Shown here: positions 8,740 through 21,968 of the stretch, one piece after another
How the letters are laid out: each line of letters begins with the position of its first letter
Position numbering within the stretch: the first letter of the stretch is position 1
Origin: Myxococcota bacterium
GTDB taxonomy: Bacteria; Myxococcota; XYA12-FULL-58-9; JALHOP01
Direction: 5' to 3'
DNA length: 64,000 nucleotides
NCBI GenBank assembly: GCA_041288095.1
Contig: JBGGMJ010000211.1
Location: 32,001-96,000, forward strand
The notes under the pieces: model-generated
The model's database searches: none
What the model saw: the letters and a program-made list of their open reading frames with translations, nothing else
What the model was told of the DNA's origin: nothing
Made by a program: the position numbers and the translations under genes

Positions 8740-9999
8740 ATGAACATGCGCGTCAGCGGACAACACCCAGTCGCCTCCAGCAGCACCGACACCCGCCTCA
8801 AGACGCTGACACCTTTGACCGAGTGGTCGGCCGCGCAGCTCACCGAGATGCGCAGCAGGCTCGGCCTCGACGGCATCCAGCTACCGCCGGTCCGCACCGG
8901 GATCGCGCTCTATCGCGTGACCTACGCGACGCCGGACATCCGCGGCAACGCCACCACGGCGAGCGGGCTCCTCATGGTGCCGCTGGAGAAGAAAGAGCCG
9001 GCTCCGGTCCTGAGCTATCAGCACGGCACCACCGCGGGGCGGGACGCGGGCCCCTCGCGCAACCTCAAGGCTTCGCAGCACCTCATGGTCGCCGCCGTCT
9101 ATGGCGCAGCCGGATATCTCGGCGTGCTTGCCGACTACATCGGCTTCGGCGACTCGGCCGAGCCCAACCCCGAGCAGTACAAGGACCCCTCGCTCGTCAA
9201 CGTGCACGGCGCCAACCATCGGCGCATCATGCACCCCTATTGCAACGCCAAGACCGAGGCATCCGCTTGCGCGGACTTGCTGATCGCGGCGGGTGAAGCG
9301 GCCGAGCAACTAGGCGTGAAGCTGTCGGGCAAGCTCTTCTTGAGCGGCTACTCGCAGGGCGGCCAAGCGAGCATGGCGCTGCACCGACACCTCGAGACCG
9401 ACAGCGAGCTCAAGCGTCGCTTCAAGGTCACGGCCTCGGCGCCCATCGCCGGCCCGCACGACATCGTGCGCACCGTCGAGCGACTCCTCGAGCGCCCGAA
9501 CCCGATCTTCGGCACCGCGACTTTCGCCTACGGCATGATGGCGCGCGACCATGTCGGCAAGTTCTGGCCCAAGGTCACCGACTTCCTGGTGAGCCCGTAC
9601 GCCGAGCGCGCCTGGACCAACTTCTCCGAGCCACCGCCAGGGCGCGACGAATATCCCTGGAAGGATGGTTTCTCGGGCGTCGACCCGAAGAGCATCCTCA
9701 CTCCAAAGGTCTATGCCGATCTGTTCGTCGACGGCCGCATGCGACCCGACACAGAGTACGCTAAAGCGTGCGTCGCGAGCTCCGCGCACCTGGGCTGGAA
9801 GAGCGACACGCCGATCCTGCTCATCAGCCCACGCGAAGACGACATCTGTCCCGTCGATATCAACGGCGTCGACACCGAGCGCACCATGAAGGCCAACGGC
9901 TTCACGCAGGTAGGGCTGCTCTTGGTGCCGGGCGATCACCTCACGGGCGCGCGTGCGGCCTTCGCGGGCGCGGTCGCGTGCATGGAAAAGCTGCGCTAG
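8740..9999 (+). CDS. Alpha/beta hydrolase, secretory lipase (LIP)-like
   Basis: SYQHGT, DYIGFG, GYSQGG nucleophile elbow, EDD and GDH triad candidates; no hydrophobic signal peptide. Confidence 0.85.
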   Translation: MNMRVSGQHPVASSSTDTRLKTLTPLTEWSAAQLTEMRSRLGLDGIQLPPVRTGIALYRVTYATPDIRGNATTASGLLMVPLEKKEPAPVLSYQHGTTAGRDAGPSRNLKASQHLMVAAVYGAAGYLGVLADYIGFGDSAEPNPEQYKDPSLVNVHGANHRRIMHPYCNAKTEASACADLLIAAGEAAEQLGVKLSGKLFLSGYSQGGQASMALHRHLETDSELKRRFKVTASAPIAGPHDIVRTVERLLERPNPIFGTATFAYGMMARDHVGKFWPKVTDFLVSPYAERAWTNFSEPPPGRDEYPWKDGFSGVDPKSILTPKVYADLFVDGRMRPDTEYAKACVASSAHLGWKSDTPILLISPREDDICPVDINGVDTERTMKANGFTQVGLLLVPGDHLTGARAAFAGAVACMEKLR

Positions 10000-10409
10000 C
10001 GCTCGACGACTTTCGCGAGCTGCACTAGGTCCCAGAGGTTCCCGTAGAGGTCCTTGAACACCGCCGCCGTACCGTACGGCGCGCTCGTCGGCTCGCGCAC
10101 GAAGGTGATGCCCTTGGCGCGGTAGGCCGCGTAGTCGCGCGCGATGTCGTCGGTGTGCAGGAAGAGAAAGACCCGGCCACCCGATTGGTTGCCGATGAAC
10201 TTCTCCTGTTCGGGTGTGGCCGCGCGCGCCAACAAAAGCTGCGCGCCGCTACCCGCGCCAGGCGGGGCGACGATGACCCAACGCTTCTTCTGCTCGGGAA
10301 CCTCGCTGTCTTCGACGAGGGTAAACCCGAGCTCTCCGACGAAGAAGGCGATGGCTTCGTCGTAATCACGGACGACGAGCGCGATGCACGCAAGTGATTG
10401 ATTGGTCAT
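9996..10409 (-). CDS. VOC / glyoxalase family protein
   Basis: ALVVRDYDEAIAFF, GNQSGGRVFLFL and FKDLYGNLWDL motifs. Confidence 0.92.
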   Translation of the reverse strand: MTNQSLACIALVVRDYDEAIAFFVGELGFTLVEDSEVPEQKKRWVIVAPPGAGSGAQLLLARAATPEQEKFIGNQSGGRVFLFLHTDDIARDYAAYRAKGITFVREPTSAPYGTAAVFKDLYGNLWDLVQLAKVVER

Positions 10410-10432
10410 GTGTCTCCTCGTACATCATCGTC

Positions 10433-11086
10433 ATGCTCCGCTACGACGAAAGACTTCGAACGCTCGCGCTGGGTTTCGCGATGCTTGCGGGCTTCGTCGA
10501 CACCATCGGTTTTCTGATGTCGGGCGGCCTGTTCGTCTCCTTCATGAGCGGCAACTCGACGCGCCTCGCGATTGGCTTCTCCGAGACCAGCAGATTGGTC
10601 GGGCAAGCAGCGATGCTCATCGCCCTGTTCGTCCTGGGGGTGGTGACGAACGTCGTCGTGTGCGCTCGCGTTGGGGCGGCGCAGCGCAAGGTCACAGCGT
10701 GCGCGGTCGTGGCCGTCTTGCTCGTGGCTTCGGCGACGCTGCAATCGCTCGCGTGGCCTCGGGGGACGGTCTGGGCCGTGTGCCTGGCGATGGGGGCGGC
10801 CAACGTCGTGTTTCAGCGTGAAGGCGAGGTCAGCATCGGCGTCACGTACATGACCGGCAACCTGGTGCGGCTGGGCTATCGCATCGCCTACGCCTTGCTC
10901 GGTCAGGACCGCACCGCGTGGCTCCCCTATCTGCTGTTGTGGATCGCCTTCGTGCTCGGTGGCATCGGCGGCGCGCTGACCTACCGCGCTTCGGCGGCCC
11001 TTTGTTTGTGGGCCGCCGCGGCTTTCGCAATGGTGCTCGTCGTCGTCGCGCGGGTGCTCACGAGACCGCGATATCGAAGTGCATGA
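10433..11086 (+). CDS. YoaK / DUF1275 family membrane protein
   Basis: AGFVD..GF....GLFVSFMSGNST and TYMTGNL motifs; multi-TM. Confidence 0.88.
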   Translation: MLRYDERLRTLALGFAMLAGFVDTIGFLMSGGLFVSFMSGNSTRLAIGFSETSRLVGQAAMLIALFVLGVVTNVVVCARVGAAQRKVTACAVVAVLLVASATLQSLAWPRGTVWAVCLAMGAANVVFQREGEVSIGVTYMTGNLVRLGYRIAYALLGQDRTAWLPYLLLWIAFVLGGIGGALTYRASAALCLWAAAAFAMVLVVVARVLTRPRYRSA

Positions 11087-11104
11087 CGTCTTGCTGTGCG
11101 CAGC

Positions 11105-12667
<1,563 letters not shown>

Positions 12668-12746
12668 GCCCCCGAAATCGCAGAGACGGCTCGGACTCGC
12701 AAGCGTTGAGCGAAGGCGTCGGCTTCGTGGTACAGAAAATGGGCAA

Positions 12747-14105
12747 ATGAATCGTTCCCGTCTGGGCGTTCTATCCCCTCTCCTCCTCGCTTTTGCCCTC
12801 GCCTGCGCCAGCGGTGGCGGTAGCGGCGTTGGCAGCAGCGCCAGCCGCGCCAACATGAGCGGCGACGAGCTGCGCTCGAAGGGTGACCTGAGTGGCGCCT
12901 ATTCGGCCTACTTCAAGGAAGCGCAGAAGAAGCCCGACAACGAGAAGGTCCACGTCAACCTCGGCGAGGTCGCGGTCGACCTGAAGAAGTACGACGAAGC
13001 CGTCGTTGCCCTCGAGAAGGCCAAGCAGCTTGGCGCCGGTAATCGCGCGACCGTGGCCCTGGCGGCCGCCAAGGCCGGGCAAGGCAAATACGACGAGGCG
13101 TCCGCCATGATGGACGAAGTCCTCAACGATGACGACGACGCCGAGAACTTCTACAAGGCCGGCAACATCAAGCTCGCCGCCCGCAAGCCCCGCGAAGCCC
13201 AGCCGCTGCTCGAGACCGCGCTCAAGAAGGACAAGAAGCTCGAGCACCAGGGCGCCGTCGGCCGTTGCCAATCCGCGCTCGGCCAGCACGAGGAAGCCAT
13301 CAAGACGCTCGATGGCGTGCTCAAGCAGTACAAGAAGCAAGGTGCCGTCGCCGCCGAGATGGAAGTCTCGCTCGCCAACTCGATGGTCGCCACCGGCCGC
13401 CTCGAGGAGGCGTTCCAAAAGTATCGCCACGCCGCCGGCATGGACCCGCGCAACGGCGAGGCTCAAGCACGCTACGCCGCTATGATGCGCGAGCGCGGCG
13501 ACATCGAGGGCGCCATCACGGTGCTCAAGGCCGCCGAGTCCAAACAGCCGCACTCGGGTATCGTCCAATACCAGCTCGGCCTCGCCTACAAGGACTTCAA
13601 GCTGCGCGAGCAGGCCGTCATCGCCCTGCAGAAGGCCATCCAGTACGACCCCAGCCTCGGCGAGGCATACACCCCGCTCCTCGCCATGATGGAAGAGGAT
13701 AAGGTCTCGACCGACAAGCTCTACGGTACCCTCGAGGCCGCGGCCAACGGGGCTCCGGGCGACTTCGAGCTGCAAATGCGCTTCGGGAAGCTCGCCGAAG
13801 GCAAGAAGCAGTACGCTAAAGCGCTCGCTGCCTACGACCGCGCGGTGAAGGCGACGCCCGGCAACGTCGAGGCGAACTTCGCCCTCGGGTCGATGCAAGT
13901 CGTGATGGGCAAGATCGAGGACGCGAAGCAATCGTACGACGCGCTGCGTACCATCGACGAGATGAAGGCGGCCGACTTGCTCACGCTGATCGAGCGCGTT
14001 CCAGCGCAGCCGCAACCTAAGCAGGCACAGGCCGACGCGCAGCCGAAGCCCAAGAACAAGGCGAAGCCGTCGAAGAAGGCCAAGGGCAAGAAGAAAGGCC
14101 GTTAG
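12747..14105 (+). CDS. TPR-repeat lipoprotein with Lys-rich C-terminus
   Basis: Lipobox ALAC, multiple TPR-like helical repeats, basic tail KPKNKAKPSKKAKGKKKGR. Confidence 0.85.
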   Translation: MNRSRLGVLSPLLLAFALACASGGGSGVGSSASRANMSGDELRSKGDLSGAYSAYFKEAQKKPDNEKVHVNLGEVAVDLKKYDEAVVALEKAKQLGAGNRATVALAAAKAGQGKYDEASAMMDEVLNDDDDAENFYKAGNIKLAARKPREAQPLLETALKKDKKLEHQGAVGRCQSALGQHEEAIKTLDGVLKQYKKQGAVAAEMEVSLANSMVATGRLEEAFQKYRHAAGMDPRNGEAQARYAAMMRERGDIEGAITVLKAAESKQPHSGIVQYQLGLAYKDFKLREQAVIALQKAIQYDPSLGEAYTPLLAMMEEDKVSTDKLYGTLEAAANGAPGDFELQMRFGKLAEGKKQYAKALAAYDRAVKATPGNVEANFALGSMQVVMGKIEDAKQSYDALRTIDEMKAADLLTLIERVPAQPQPKQAQADAQPKPKNKAKPSKKAKGKKKGR

Positions 14106-14107
14106 CG

Positions 14108-14800
14108 ATGAGTGTCCTCGCCGTCGACATTGGTGGCAGCAACCTCAAGTTCCGCACCCAGCACCACAAGAAGCATGTCTCGGTGCCGTCAGGGCCGAAG
14201 TTCACGCCCCGCCAGATGATCACCGCTATCGCGGAGCACACCGCCGGCTGGAAGTTCGACCGCGTCACCCTCGGCTACCCAGGCCCGGTGGCGAACGACC
14301 GTCCCCTGCTCGAGCCCCACAACCTTGGCGGTGGCTGGGCGCGCTTCGACTACGCGAAGGCCTTCAAACGCCCGGTGCGCATGATCAACGACGCCGCGAT
14401 GCAAGCCCTCGGCGCCTACCGCGGCGGCCGCATGTTGTTCCTCGGGCTCGGCACGGGCCTCGGCTCCGCTCTCGTCCTCGACGGCGTCGTGCAACCGATG
14501 GAGCTCGCCCACTTGAGCTGGAGAAAGGGCAAGACCTTCGAAGAGCACCTCGGCGAGGCAGCGCTGCTCACCGAAGGCAAGAAGGCCTGGCGCAAGACGG
14601 TCACGCGCGCCATCGAGGACCTCTCGGCGGCATTCCTGGTCGAATACATCGTCATCGGCGGCGGCAACGCCAAGCGCCTCAAGGACGTCCCCGACAACGT
14701 GTTCATCGGCAGCAACGCGGACGCCTTCGTCGGCGCCTTCCGCGTCTGGGACGACCATGTGGTCAGCCCGCGCCGGATTTCCCCACGGCTCGCCGGCTAA
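14108..14800 (+). CDS. ROK family sugar kinase (polyphosphate glucokinase-like)
   Basis: LAVDIGGS, GYPGPV, NDAAMQALG, GLGTGLGSA and GGGN motifs. Confidence 0.88.
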   Translation: MSVLAVDIGGSNLKFRTQHHKKHVSVPSGPKFTPRQMITAIAEHTAGWKFDRVTLGYPGPVANDRPLLEPHNLGGGWARFDYAKAFKRPVRMINDAAMQALGAYRGGRMLFLGLGTGLGSALVLDGVVQPMELAHLSWRKGKTFEEHLGEAALLTEGKKAWRKTVTRAIEDLSAAFLVEYIVIGGGNAKRLKDVPDNVFIGSNADAFVGAFRVWDDHVVSPRRISPRLAG

Positions 14801-14859
14801 ATGGGGACACTAACCATTTTCGCTATGTGCCGTTGGAAAAATGGTTAGTGTCCCCATTT
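14799..14859. repeat. Perfect 22-bp inverted repeat (REP-like element or bidirectional terminator)
   Basis: AAATGGGGACACTAACCATTTT at 14799-14820 and its exact reverse complement at 14838-14859, 17-nt loop, between convergent ROK and guaB genes. Confidence 0.85.
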
Positions 14860-14864
14860 TACGA

Positions 14865-16352
<1,488 letters not shown>

Positions 16353-16375
16353 TCAACGCGTCACCCCAGACTCGG

Positions 16376-16403
16376 GCAACAGAAGACGATCCCAATCCGA
16401 TAC
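16376..16403 (+). promoter_or_regulatory. Putative sigma-28-like promoter (GCAAC-N15-TCCGATAC)
   Basis: Shared motif upstream of orphan ORF 16458. Confidence 0.55.
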
Positions 16404-16457
16404 TGGGAAACAACGCTGGATTCGCTTGGACCGGGATTTGCCAGCAGGGAGAGGCCA

Positions 16458-16838
16458 ATGAGCATCGACAACGTAGACCGCGCTGGAACCATCATGCCCG
16501 ATATTGGGAACGTGAAGCCCTACAAGGGCCCGAAGCCCAACATCGATCTAACGCAGCTCAGCTACGACCCGACGACCCGCAAGCTTCAGGTCAAGTGGAC
16601 CGCCAGCGACATCATCGAATCGCTGAAGCCCGTCATCGAGAAGAAGAATGGCGAGCTCCACGTGCAGCTCCAGAAGAGCGCGCCTGTTCAGATGAATAGC
16701 ACCGGCGGCTTCACCATTGGCGCGGGTGGCGCGGCCATGACCGAGCACACCGACGATGTGCAGCTTCCGGTGCTGGCCAAGGGCACGACCATCAAAGTGT
16801 GGAACGGCGACGTCGACGCCGGCACCTTCATCGCCTAG
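16458..16838 (+). CDS. Hypothetical protein (126 aa)
   Basis: GGAGAGG RBS, GC3-biased codons, downstream hairpin; no recognisable domain or signal peptide. Confidence 0.75.
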   Translation: MSIDNVDRAGTIMPDIGNVKPYKGPKPNIDLTQLSYDPTTRKLQVKWTASDIIESLKPVIEKKNGELHVQLQKSAPVQMNSTGGFTIGAGGAAMTEHTDDVQLPVLAKGTTIKVWNGDVDAGTFIA

Positions 16839-16852
16839 AAGCGAACCGAGAC

Positions 16853-16877
16853 GCGGGCGGCACTCAACACCGCCCGC
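16853..16877. terminator. Hairpin between convergent genes
   Basis: GCGGGCGG-N9-CCGCCCGC stem-loop; no U-tract. Confidence 0.45.
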
Positions 16878-16889
16878 ATCCCGCGACCG

Positions 16890-18233
16890 CTAGTCCTCCG
16901 GATAGCTCGCCCAGCCAGTCGTCCAATCGTCGGCGCCAATACCGCCGATGAAGGTGGCGCTGGTGTCGAAGAAGCCGTCGGCCGGCGGGGTCAGCCCGGT
17001 CAGGAACGACGCGGGCTGGAAGCTCGGCGCCGTCAGATGCGTGCTCGCCGCGGGCAGACCCGGGTCGACAGCGACGTTGGCGAGCGCATCCGCCATGAAC
17101 GCGACGGCCTCTTCGAAGCCATTGTCGTTGTTGGCGCTGCCGCTGCTTTCGTCTTGCCAGTTCACGCCACCGGCGTTGCTCCAGAACACCGAGCTTTGGA
17201 CCGCGAGGCGGGCGCCGAAGCCCTGCGTCGTTGCGCTATCGCGGACGTCCACGGCGGAGCTCTTGAAGCTCGCGAAGATGTGGTTGCCGTAGATGCCGGC
17301 GGTGCCGCGACGCAAGACCGCGCCCCGCGACGAGGTCGGCGTCGACGCGCTGCCGATGAGCGTCGCGTTGAAGATGGTCGGTTCGGTGCGCGGCAAGGCA
17401 TTGTAGTCCTGACCGTCCGGGCGATTGTCCGACTCGTAGCCGTTCGGATCCGAGCTCTGGCCGTTGATATGCTGCACGACCAAGAACTGGGTGCGGCCGC
17501 TCCAACCGAAGTCGGTGTCGAACCCGTCGTCCTGGTTCTGCGAGCTGATGACGTGTCTCAGGTCGGCGGTGCCGCCGAAGAGCTCGACGCCGTCGTCCGA
17601 GCCGCGGTGCACCTGCACGTAGTCGATGACCGTCGAATTGCCGACGCCGCAGAGGGTGAGCGCGTTGAACTCCTTGTCGGTTGCGTAGGTGAAGCCGGCG
17701 AACTCGATGCGGACGTAGCGCAGGATGCCGCTGTCATCGGCGACATCGTCGCCGCCGTAGTCACCCGTCGCGTCGGAGGCAGGCAGCGCCTCGAAGTGTG
17801 GCGAGGGCTCGTTGACGGGCGCGTTGCCGAGGATGAGCAAACCACCCCAGTCGCCGCCGGCGCGCGAGCCTTCTTCCTTGGCACTGGTGAAGACGATGGG
17901 CTCGGCCTCGGTGCCTTCAGCGACGATGCGTGCGCCGCGCGGGACGATCAGCGCCGCGCCGGTAAGGCCACGGATGGTCGTGCCCGGAGCGATCTCCAGG
18001 GTCACGCCCGACGCGACGGTGACGTAGCCGCCGTCGTTGCGTGGCGACAGGATCCAGTCGCCCGCGGCGAGGCGCGTGTCGGTGGTTACGTCGAGGTTCA
18101 AGCAGTTGGTGATGCCCGCGCAGCCGCCCTGCCCGTCATTCAATCCGACCTCGTTGCCGCCATCTTCTTCACTGCCGCACGCCGCCATGGCGGTCGCCAG
18201 CAATCCTGCAATGAGCACACTGTTGCGGTGCAT
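16890..18233 (-). CDS. Beta-helix-type lipoprotein associated with TonB-dependent receptor
   Basis: Lipobox MAAC; PIVFTS, GDWGGL, DDSGILRYVRIEFAG, DDGVELFGG and DDGFDTDFGW motifs typical of TBDR-linked beta-helix lipoproteins. Confidence 0.8.
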   Translation of the reverse strand: MHRNSVLIAGLLATAMAACGSEEDGGNEVGLNDGQGGCAGITNCLNLDVTTDTRLAAGDWILSPRNDGGYVTVASGVTLEIAPGTTIRGLTGAALIVPRGARIVAEGTEAEPIVFTSAKEEGSRAGGDWGGLLILGNAPVNEPSPHFEALPASDATGDYGGDDVADDSGILRYVRIEFAGFTYATDKEFNALTLCGVGNSTVIDYVQVHRGSDDGVELFGGTADLRHVISSQNQDDGFDTDFGWSGRTQFLVVQHINGQSSDPNGYESDNRPDGQDYNALPRTEPTIFNATLIGSASTPTSSRGAVLRRGTAGIYGNHIFASFKSSAVDVRDSATTQGFGARLAVQSSVFWSNAGGVNWQDESSGSANNDNGFEEAVAFMADALANVAVDPGLPAASTHLTAPSFQPASFLTGLTPPADGFFDTSATFIGGIGADDWTTGWASYPED

Positions 18234-18247
18234 GACATCCCTCTCCG

Positions 18248-21064
18248 TTAGAGCGCCCACTCCAGGGTCAGGCTGAATGCCGTCCCCGGTGTGTAGCGAT
18301 AAATGAAAACCTCACCACGCTTGACGCGGACGTCCTGCGCGAGAAGATTCGAGCCCGCGAGCTTGCCGACGAAGTGCTCGGCGATGCGCTGCGTGATCAC
18401 GAGATCGAGCTTGTGGAACGGCTGCTCGAAGGCATCGGGCGACCCGGCGACACCGACCTCCGAGATGCGCTTACCGAAGACGTTGTAGAGCGCGCTGAGC
18501 TGGGTCCCCGTGCTCTCGAAGCGGCCGCCGAGCTCGACGTTGACGACGTACGGCGACTGTCCTTGCAGCGCGCGCTTGCGGTTCGTGCCCTCGGTGGTGC
18601 CGCTCAAGCGGACCTGCGAATCGATGAGCGAGAGGTTCGCCGCGGCGAAGTATGGAGCAAGAGCCGGCGAGAAGCGCTTGAACGACGTCCGCGCCTCGAT
18701 TTCGACACCGAGAGCGCGCGCGCCATCCGTATTGACGTAGGTGATGTCGTCACCGGCGGGCGTCGCGAACACCTGTTCGATCGGGTCGTTGAAGCTCTTG
18801 TAGAAGGCGCCCGCCGCGAGCACCTCGGTGCCGCTCGGGAACATCTCCCAGCGCAGGTCAGCGTTGTGAATGCGAGTGTCGCGCAGATTCGGATCGCCGC
18901 TCGACGAGCGGCCCCGCGCGTAGTCGAAGAAGACGGTCGGCGCGAGCTCGCGGAACGTGGGGCGTGCCAGCGTGTAGCTGTAGGCCGCTCGCAGGTTCAT
19001 AGTGTCCGTTAGCGCGTACACGAGATTCGCCGCGGGTAAGAGGCCACCGACATTGCGAGTGGTATGCGTGCGGCCGATGGCGAAGTCGTTACCGGTATCA
19101 ATCGTTTGCGTAGCGTATTCGTAACGTGCGCCGGCGATGATCCTCAGTGGTGACAGCTTCACGATGTCGGTAAGCGCGTAACCAGCGAAGACCGCGCGAT
19201 CCGCGGCGTAGGCGTCGGCGGCGTTCGTGACCTCGCGGAAGCGCAGGATCGAGCCGATGTTGTCGCGCGCGAACAGGCCCTCGGGCGATTGCGTGAGATC
19301 CGCGCTGGTGGCGCTGCCGGTGGGCTCGTAGCGGAAGCGGCGGGACGAGAAGTCGCGGCTCGTCGCCATGATCAACGTACCGACTTTGACCTTGCCCAAG
19401 GGATAGGCGAACGCGAGGTCCGCTCCGCCACCGTAGGTCCAGTCGCCAAGGTCGGCGTAGAAGTGGTCCGCCTGGCCCAAGCTCGCGCCGACGAACACGA
19501 AGTCGCCGGTGTCGGTGGACTGGAAGACGGTGTCGCGGGTGTCCGGCTGCTTCTGCTGGGTATTCGAGACGTTGAGCTGCCAGCTCAAGGTCACGCCGTC
19601 GCCCAGCAGGTGCTCGCCCAAAAGCTGCGTGAATACGAGCGAGCGCTCCGTGAAGCGTAGGCTGGTGCGGCGGTTCACGAACGATTCACCGTTCGGCTCG
19701 ATGAGCGTCGTCTCGGCGATGTCGTCGGACGAGTGCGTGTAGAAGCTCACCAGCGTGAGTCGCTGCGTCGGCGACAGAGCCCAGCCGAGGTTGCCGAGCG
19801 CGCCGAGCTGCGCCGACTGGATGCCGGTCGTGAATCGGCGCTCGTCGGTTTGCACGGAGCCGGTGACGTCGGTGCGCCGGGCGACCGATTCGCGCCGCGT
19901 CGTCTTCATGCCGTAGTTGACGCTCGCGAGATAGCCGAGCGGCTTGCCGGCGAGGCTCACGGTGTCGCCCACCACCACCGCGACGCCCCCGTTCGGCAAC
20001 GCGCTCCTGTTCTTCGGTGTCCAGACGTTCTGGAAGTCGCGCCCAACGGCGTCAGCCTCGGCACGCGGCAAGGACTCGATGGAGCGATTGCGCGGCACGC
20101 TGTCGGGCAAGGAGCGCGTACCGTCGTCGTAGCCCAAGAAGTCGAGCTTGCCGCCGTCGTAGGTCGGCGTGTCCTTGAAGGTCGTGGCGGTGTCGCCGGA
20201 GACACCGAGACGGATCCGCAAGGTAAACTCGCTCGGGAACTCTCGGGTCTCGATCTGCAAGAGACCGCCCGCGAAGTTGCCGGGGACGTCGGGATTGAAG
20301 GTCTTCGAGACCGTGAGGTTCGCGAGCAGCGTTGCTGGAAACAAGTCGAGCGGCACTGAAGCGACGTCCGGGTCCGGGCTCGGGAGAGGCACGCCATTGA
20401 GCAGTGCTGCGCTATAGCGTCCGCCAAGGCCACGAATCAAAACGTATCGATTGTCCTGCACCGTGGCGGCGACGACGCGCTTCACGGCTTCGCCAGCGGT
20501 CGAGTCCGGGGTGCGCGCGATAGTCTCCGCGCTTACCGAGTCGCTGACGGTGGCGGCCTTCTGTCGCCGCACCAGCTGCACGGCGTCGGTCGCGCGGTCC
20601 GCGGTACCGACGACGACGATCTCGTTTTGCACCGTCGTGCGCTCTTCGCCCTGCCCGCCCAGCGCCACGTCGAGTCGCACCACCTCGGCGACGTTGACGA
20701 TGAGGTTCGAGAAGGTCCGCGCCGGCTTACCCTCGGCGAAGACACGCAAGCTGTACGTGCCCGGAGGAATGTCGACGAAGTAGTTGCCGTCGATGTCGGT
20801 GAGCGCGCGTAGCTCGAGCTCGACGACGGTTACCTGGGCCTCGATGAGCGCCTCGCCGGAGTCCGCGTCGACGACCGTGCCACGCAAGCGCCCCAGTCCC
20901 TCGGCGAGCGGCTGCGCGTCGTCCGGCTCGATGACCTCGGCGGGTGGCTCCGGCGCGGGTGGGATGCCGACATCGGGGAGCGACGCGCCGCCGTCCTGGG
21001 CGAGAGCGGTCGCGGGAGCCGCGAGCAACAGCACTGCGAAAACGAAGTGGCGTGTGGTGGTCAC
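18248..21064 (-). CDS. TonB-dependent receptor with N-terminal carboxypeptidase-regulatory-like domain
   Basis: Signal peptide, TDIDGNY domain, plug motif IRGLGGRY...NG, barrel motifs ARPTFREL and LQGQSPY; start (GTG 21064) approximate. Confidence 0.93.
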   Translation of the reverse strand: MTTTRHFVFAVLLLAAPATALAQDGGASLPDVGIPPAPEPPAEVIEPDDAQPLAEGLGRLRGTVVDADSGEALIEAQVTVVELELRALTDIDGNYFVDIPPGTYSLRVFAEGKPARTFSNLIVNVAEVVRLDVALGGQGEERTTVQNEIVVVGTADRATDAVQLVRRQKAATVSDSVSAETIARTPDSTAGEAVKRVVAATVQDNRYVLIRGLGGRYSAALLNGVPLPSPDPDVASVPLDLFPATLLANLTVSKTFNPDVPGNFAGGLLQIETREFPSEFTLRIRLGVSGDTATTFKDTPTYDGGKLDFLGYDDGTRSLPDSVPRNRSIESLPRAEADAVGRDFQNVWTPKNRSALPNGGVAVVVGDTVSLAGKPLGYLASVNYGMKTTRRESVARRTDVTGSVQTDERRFTTGIQSAQLGALGNLGWALSPTQRLTLVSFYTHSSDDIAETTLIEPNGESFVNRRTSLRFTERSLVFTQLLGEHLLGDGVTLSWQLNVSNTQQKQPDTRDTVFQSTDTGDFVFVGASLGQADHFYADLGDWTYGGGADLAFAYPLGKVKVGTLIMATSRDFSSRRFRYEPTGSATSADLTQSPEGLFARDNIGSILRFREVTNAADAYAADRAVFAGYALTDIVKLSPLRIIAGARYEYATQTIDTGNDFAIGRTHTTRNVGGLLPAANLVYALTDTMNLRAAYSYTLARPTFRELAPTVFFDYARGRSSSGDPNLRDTRIHNADLRWEMFPSGTEVLAAGAFYKSFNDPIEQVFATPAGDDITYVNTDGARALGVEIEARTSFKRFSPALAPYFAAANLSLIDSQVRLSGTTEGTNRKRALQGQSPYVVNVELGGRFESTGTQLSALYNVFGKRISEVGVAGSPDAFEQPFHKLDLVITQRIAEHFVGKLAGSNLLAQDVRVKRGEVFIYRYTPGTAFSLTLEWAL

Positions 21065-21143
21065 GCGCGAGGAATTAAGCGGTGCGCGTGTCGAGTTGGC
21101 TGCGCGCTTGTGACAGTCAGTGTCTTCGCTGTGCCAACTTTTG

Positions 21144-21560
21144 CTACTGGATCGTTGCTTCGGGAATGACCGCGATGGTGCGCGCCCCGGCGCCACGCGC
21201 TGTATCCATGAGCGTCACCGCGGCGCCATAATTGGCTCCGTCATCGGCGTCGAACAGCATCTGTCCGTCATTGCGAACAGAGAGCTCTTGCTGCAAACGG
21301 AATGCGACCTCGGGCTGCGGCACCACGGTGTCGTTGATGCGGACGCTGCCGTCGCGGTCGAGGCGGACGACGAGCGGCGGGATGGCGACGGCGGGCGGTG
21401 GGCTGTCGTCCTTCTTGGGCACCGCGACCTCGAAGGTCTTGGTGAGCAGAGGCGTCACCACCATGAAGATAATGAGGAGCACCAGAACGACGTCGACGAG
21501 CGGCGTCACGTTCATTTCGGGCTTTACGCCCTTGCCGCCCTGCTGGACCGTCATGCCCAT
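21144..21560 (-). CDS. exbD: ExbD/TolR family protein
   Basis: MNVTPLVDVVLVLLIIFMV motif. Confidence 0.92.
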   Translation of the reverse strand: MGMTVQQGGKGVKPEMNVTPLVDVVLVLLIIFMVVTPLLTKTFEVAVPKKDDSPPPAVAIPPLVVRLDRDGSVRINDTVVPQPEVAFRLQQELSVRNDGQMLFDADDGANYGAAVTLMDTARGAGARTIAVIPEATIQ

Positions 21561-21563
21561 GGG

Positions 21564-21968
21564 TCAATCCACCTTTTCGTCGACGGTGAGCGACACACCC
21601 GAGAAGCCGATGCCACGCGCCGTCGCGAACAGTGCACGGGCCTTGCCGTAGGTCAGCGACCGGTCGACCTTGATCACCAAGGGACGATCTTCGCTCTTCG
21701 CATGCTCGGCGGTGAGCCGGCGGAGCAGTCCGTCTTCGTCGACGACGTCGCGCTCGACCAGCATGCGTCCGCTGGCGGTGAGCGTCAGCGTCAGCGCTTC
21801 CATCTGACCTTCCCGCGCCACGTTTTTCGCCTTGGCGAGCTCGACCGCCTCGCCGGCTTCGAGCTGCGGCGCGATCACCATGAAGATGATGAGCAAGACC
21901 AACACCACGTCGACGAGCGGCGTGACGTTAATCTCGGGCTTAAGCTGCGTTCGAGGCTTGGCGCTCAT
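21564..21968 (-). CDS. exbD: ExbD/TolR family protein (second copy)
   Basis: INVTPLVDVVLVLLIIFMV motif. Confidence 0.92.
   Translation of the reverse strand: MSAKPRTQLKPEINVTPLVDVVLVLLIIFMVIAPQLEAGEAVELAKAKNVAREGQMEALTLTLTASGRMLVERDVVDEDGLLRRLTAEHAKSEDRPLVIKVDRSLTYGKARALFATARGIGFSGVSLTVDEKVD

Noticed and set aside
12668..12856. N-terminal extension of guaA
   Set aside because: Overlaps the divergent TPR gene; conserved GuaA sequence starts at ATG 12667.
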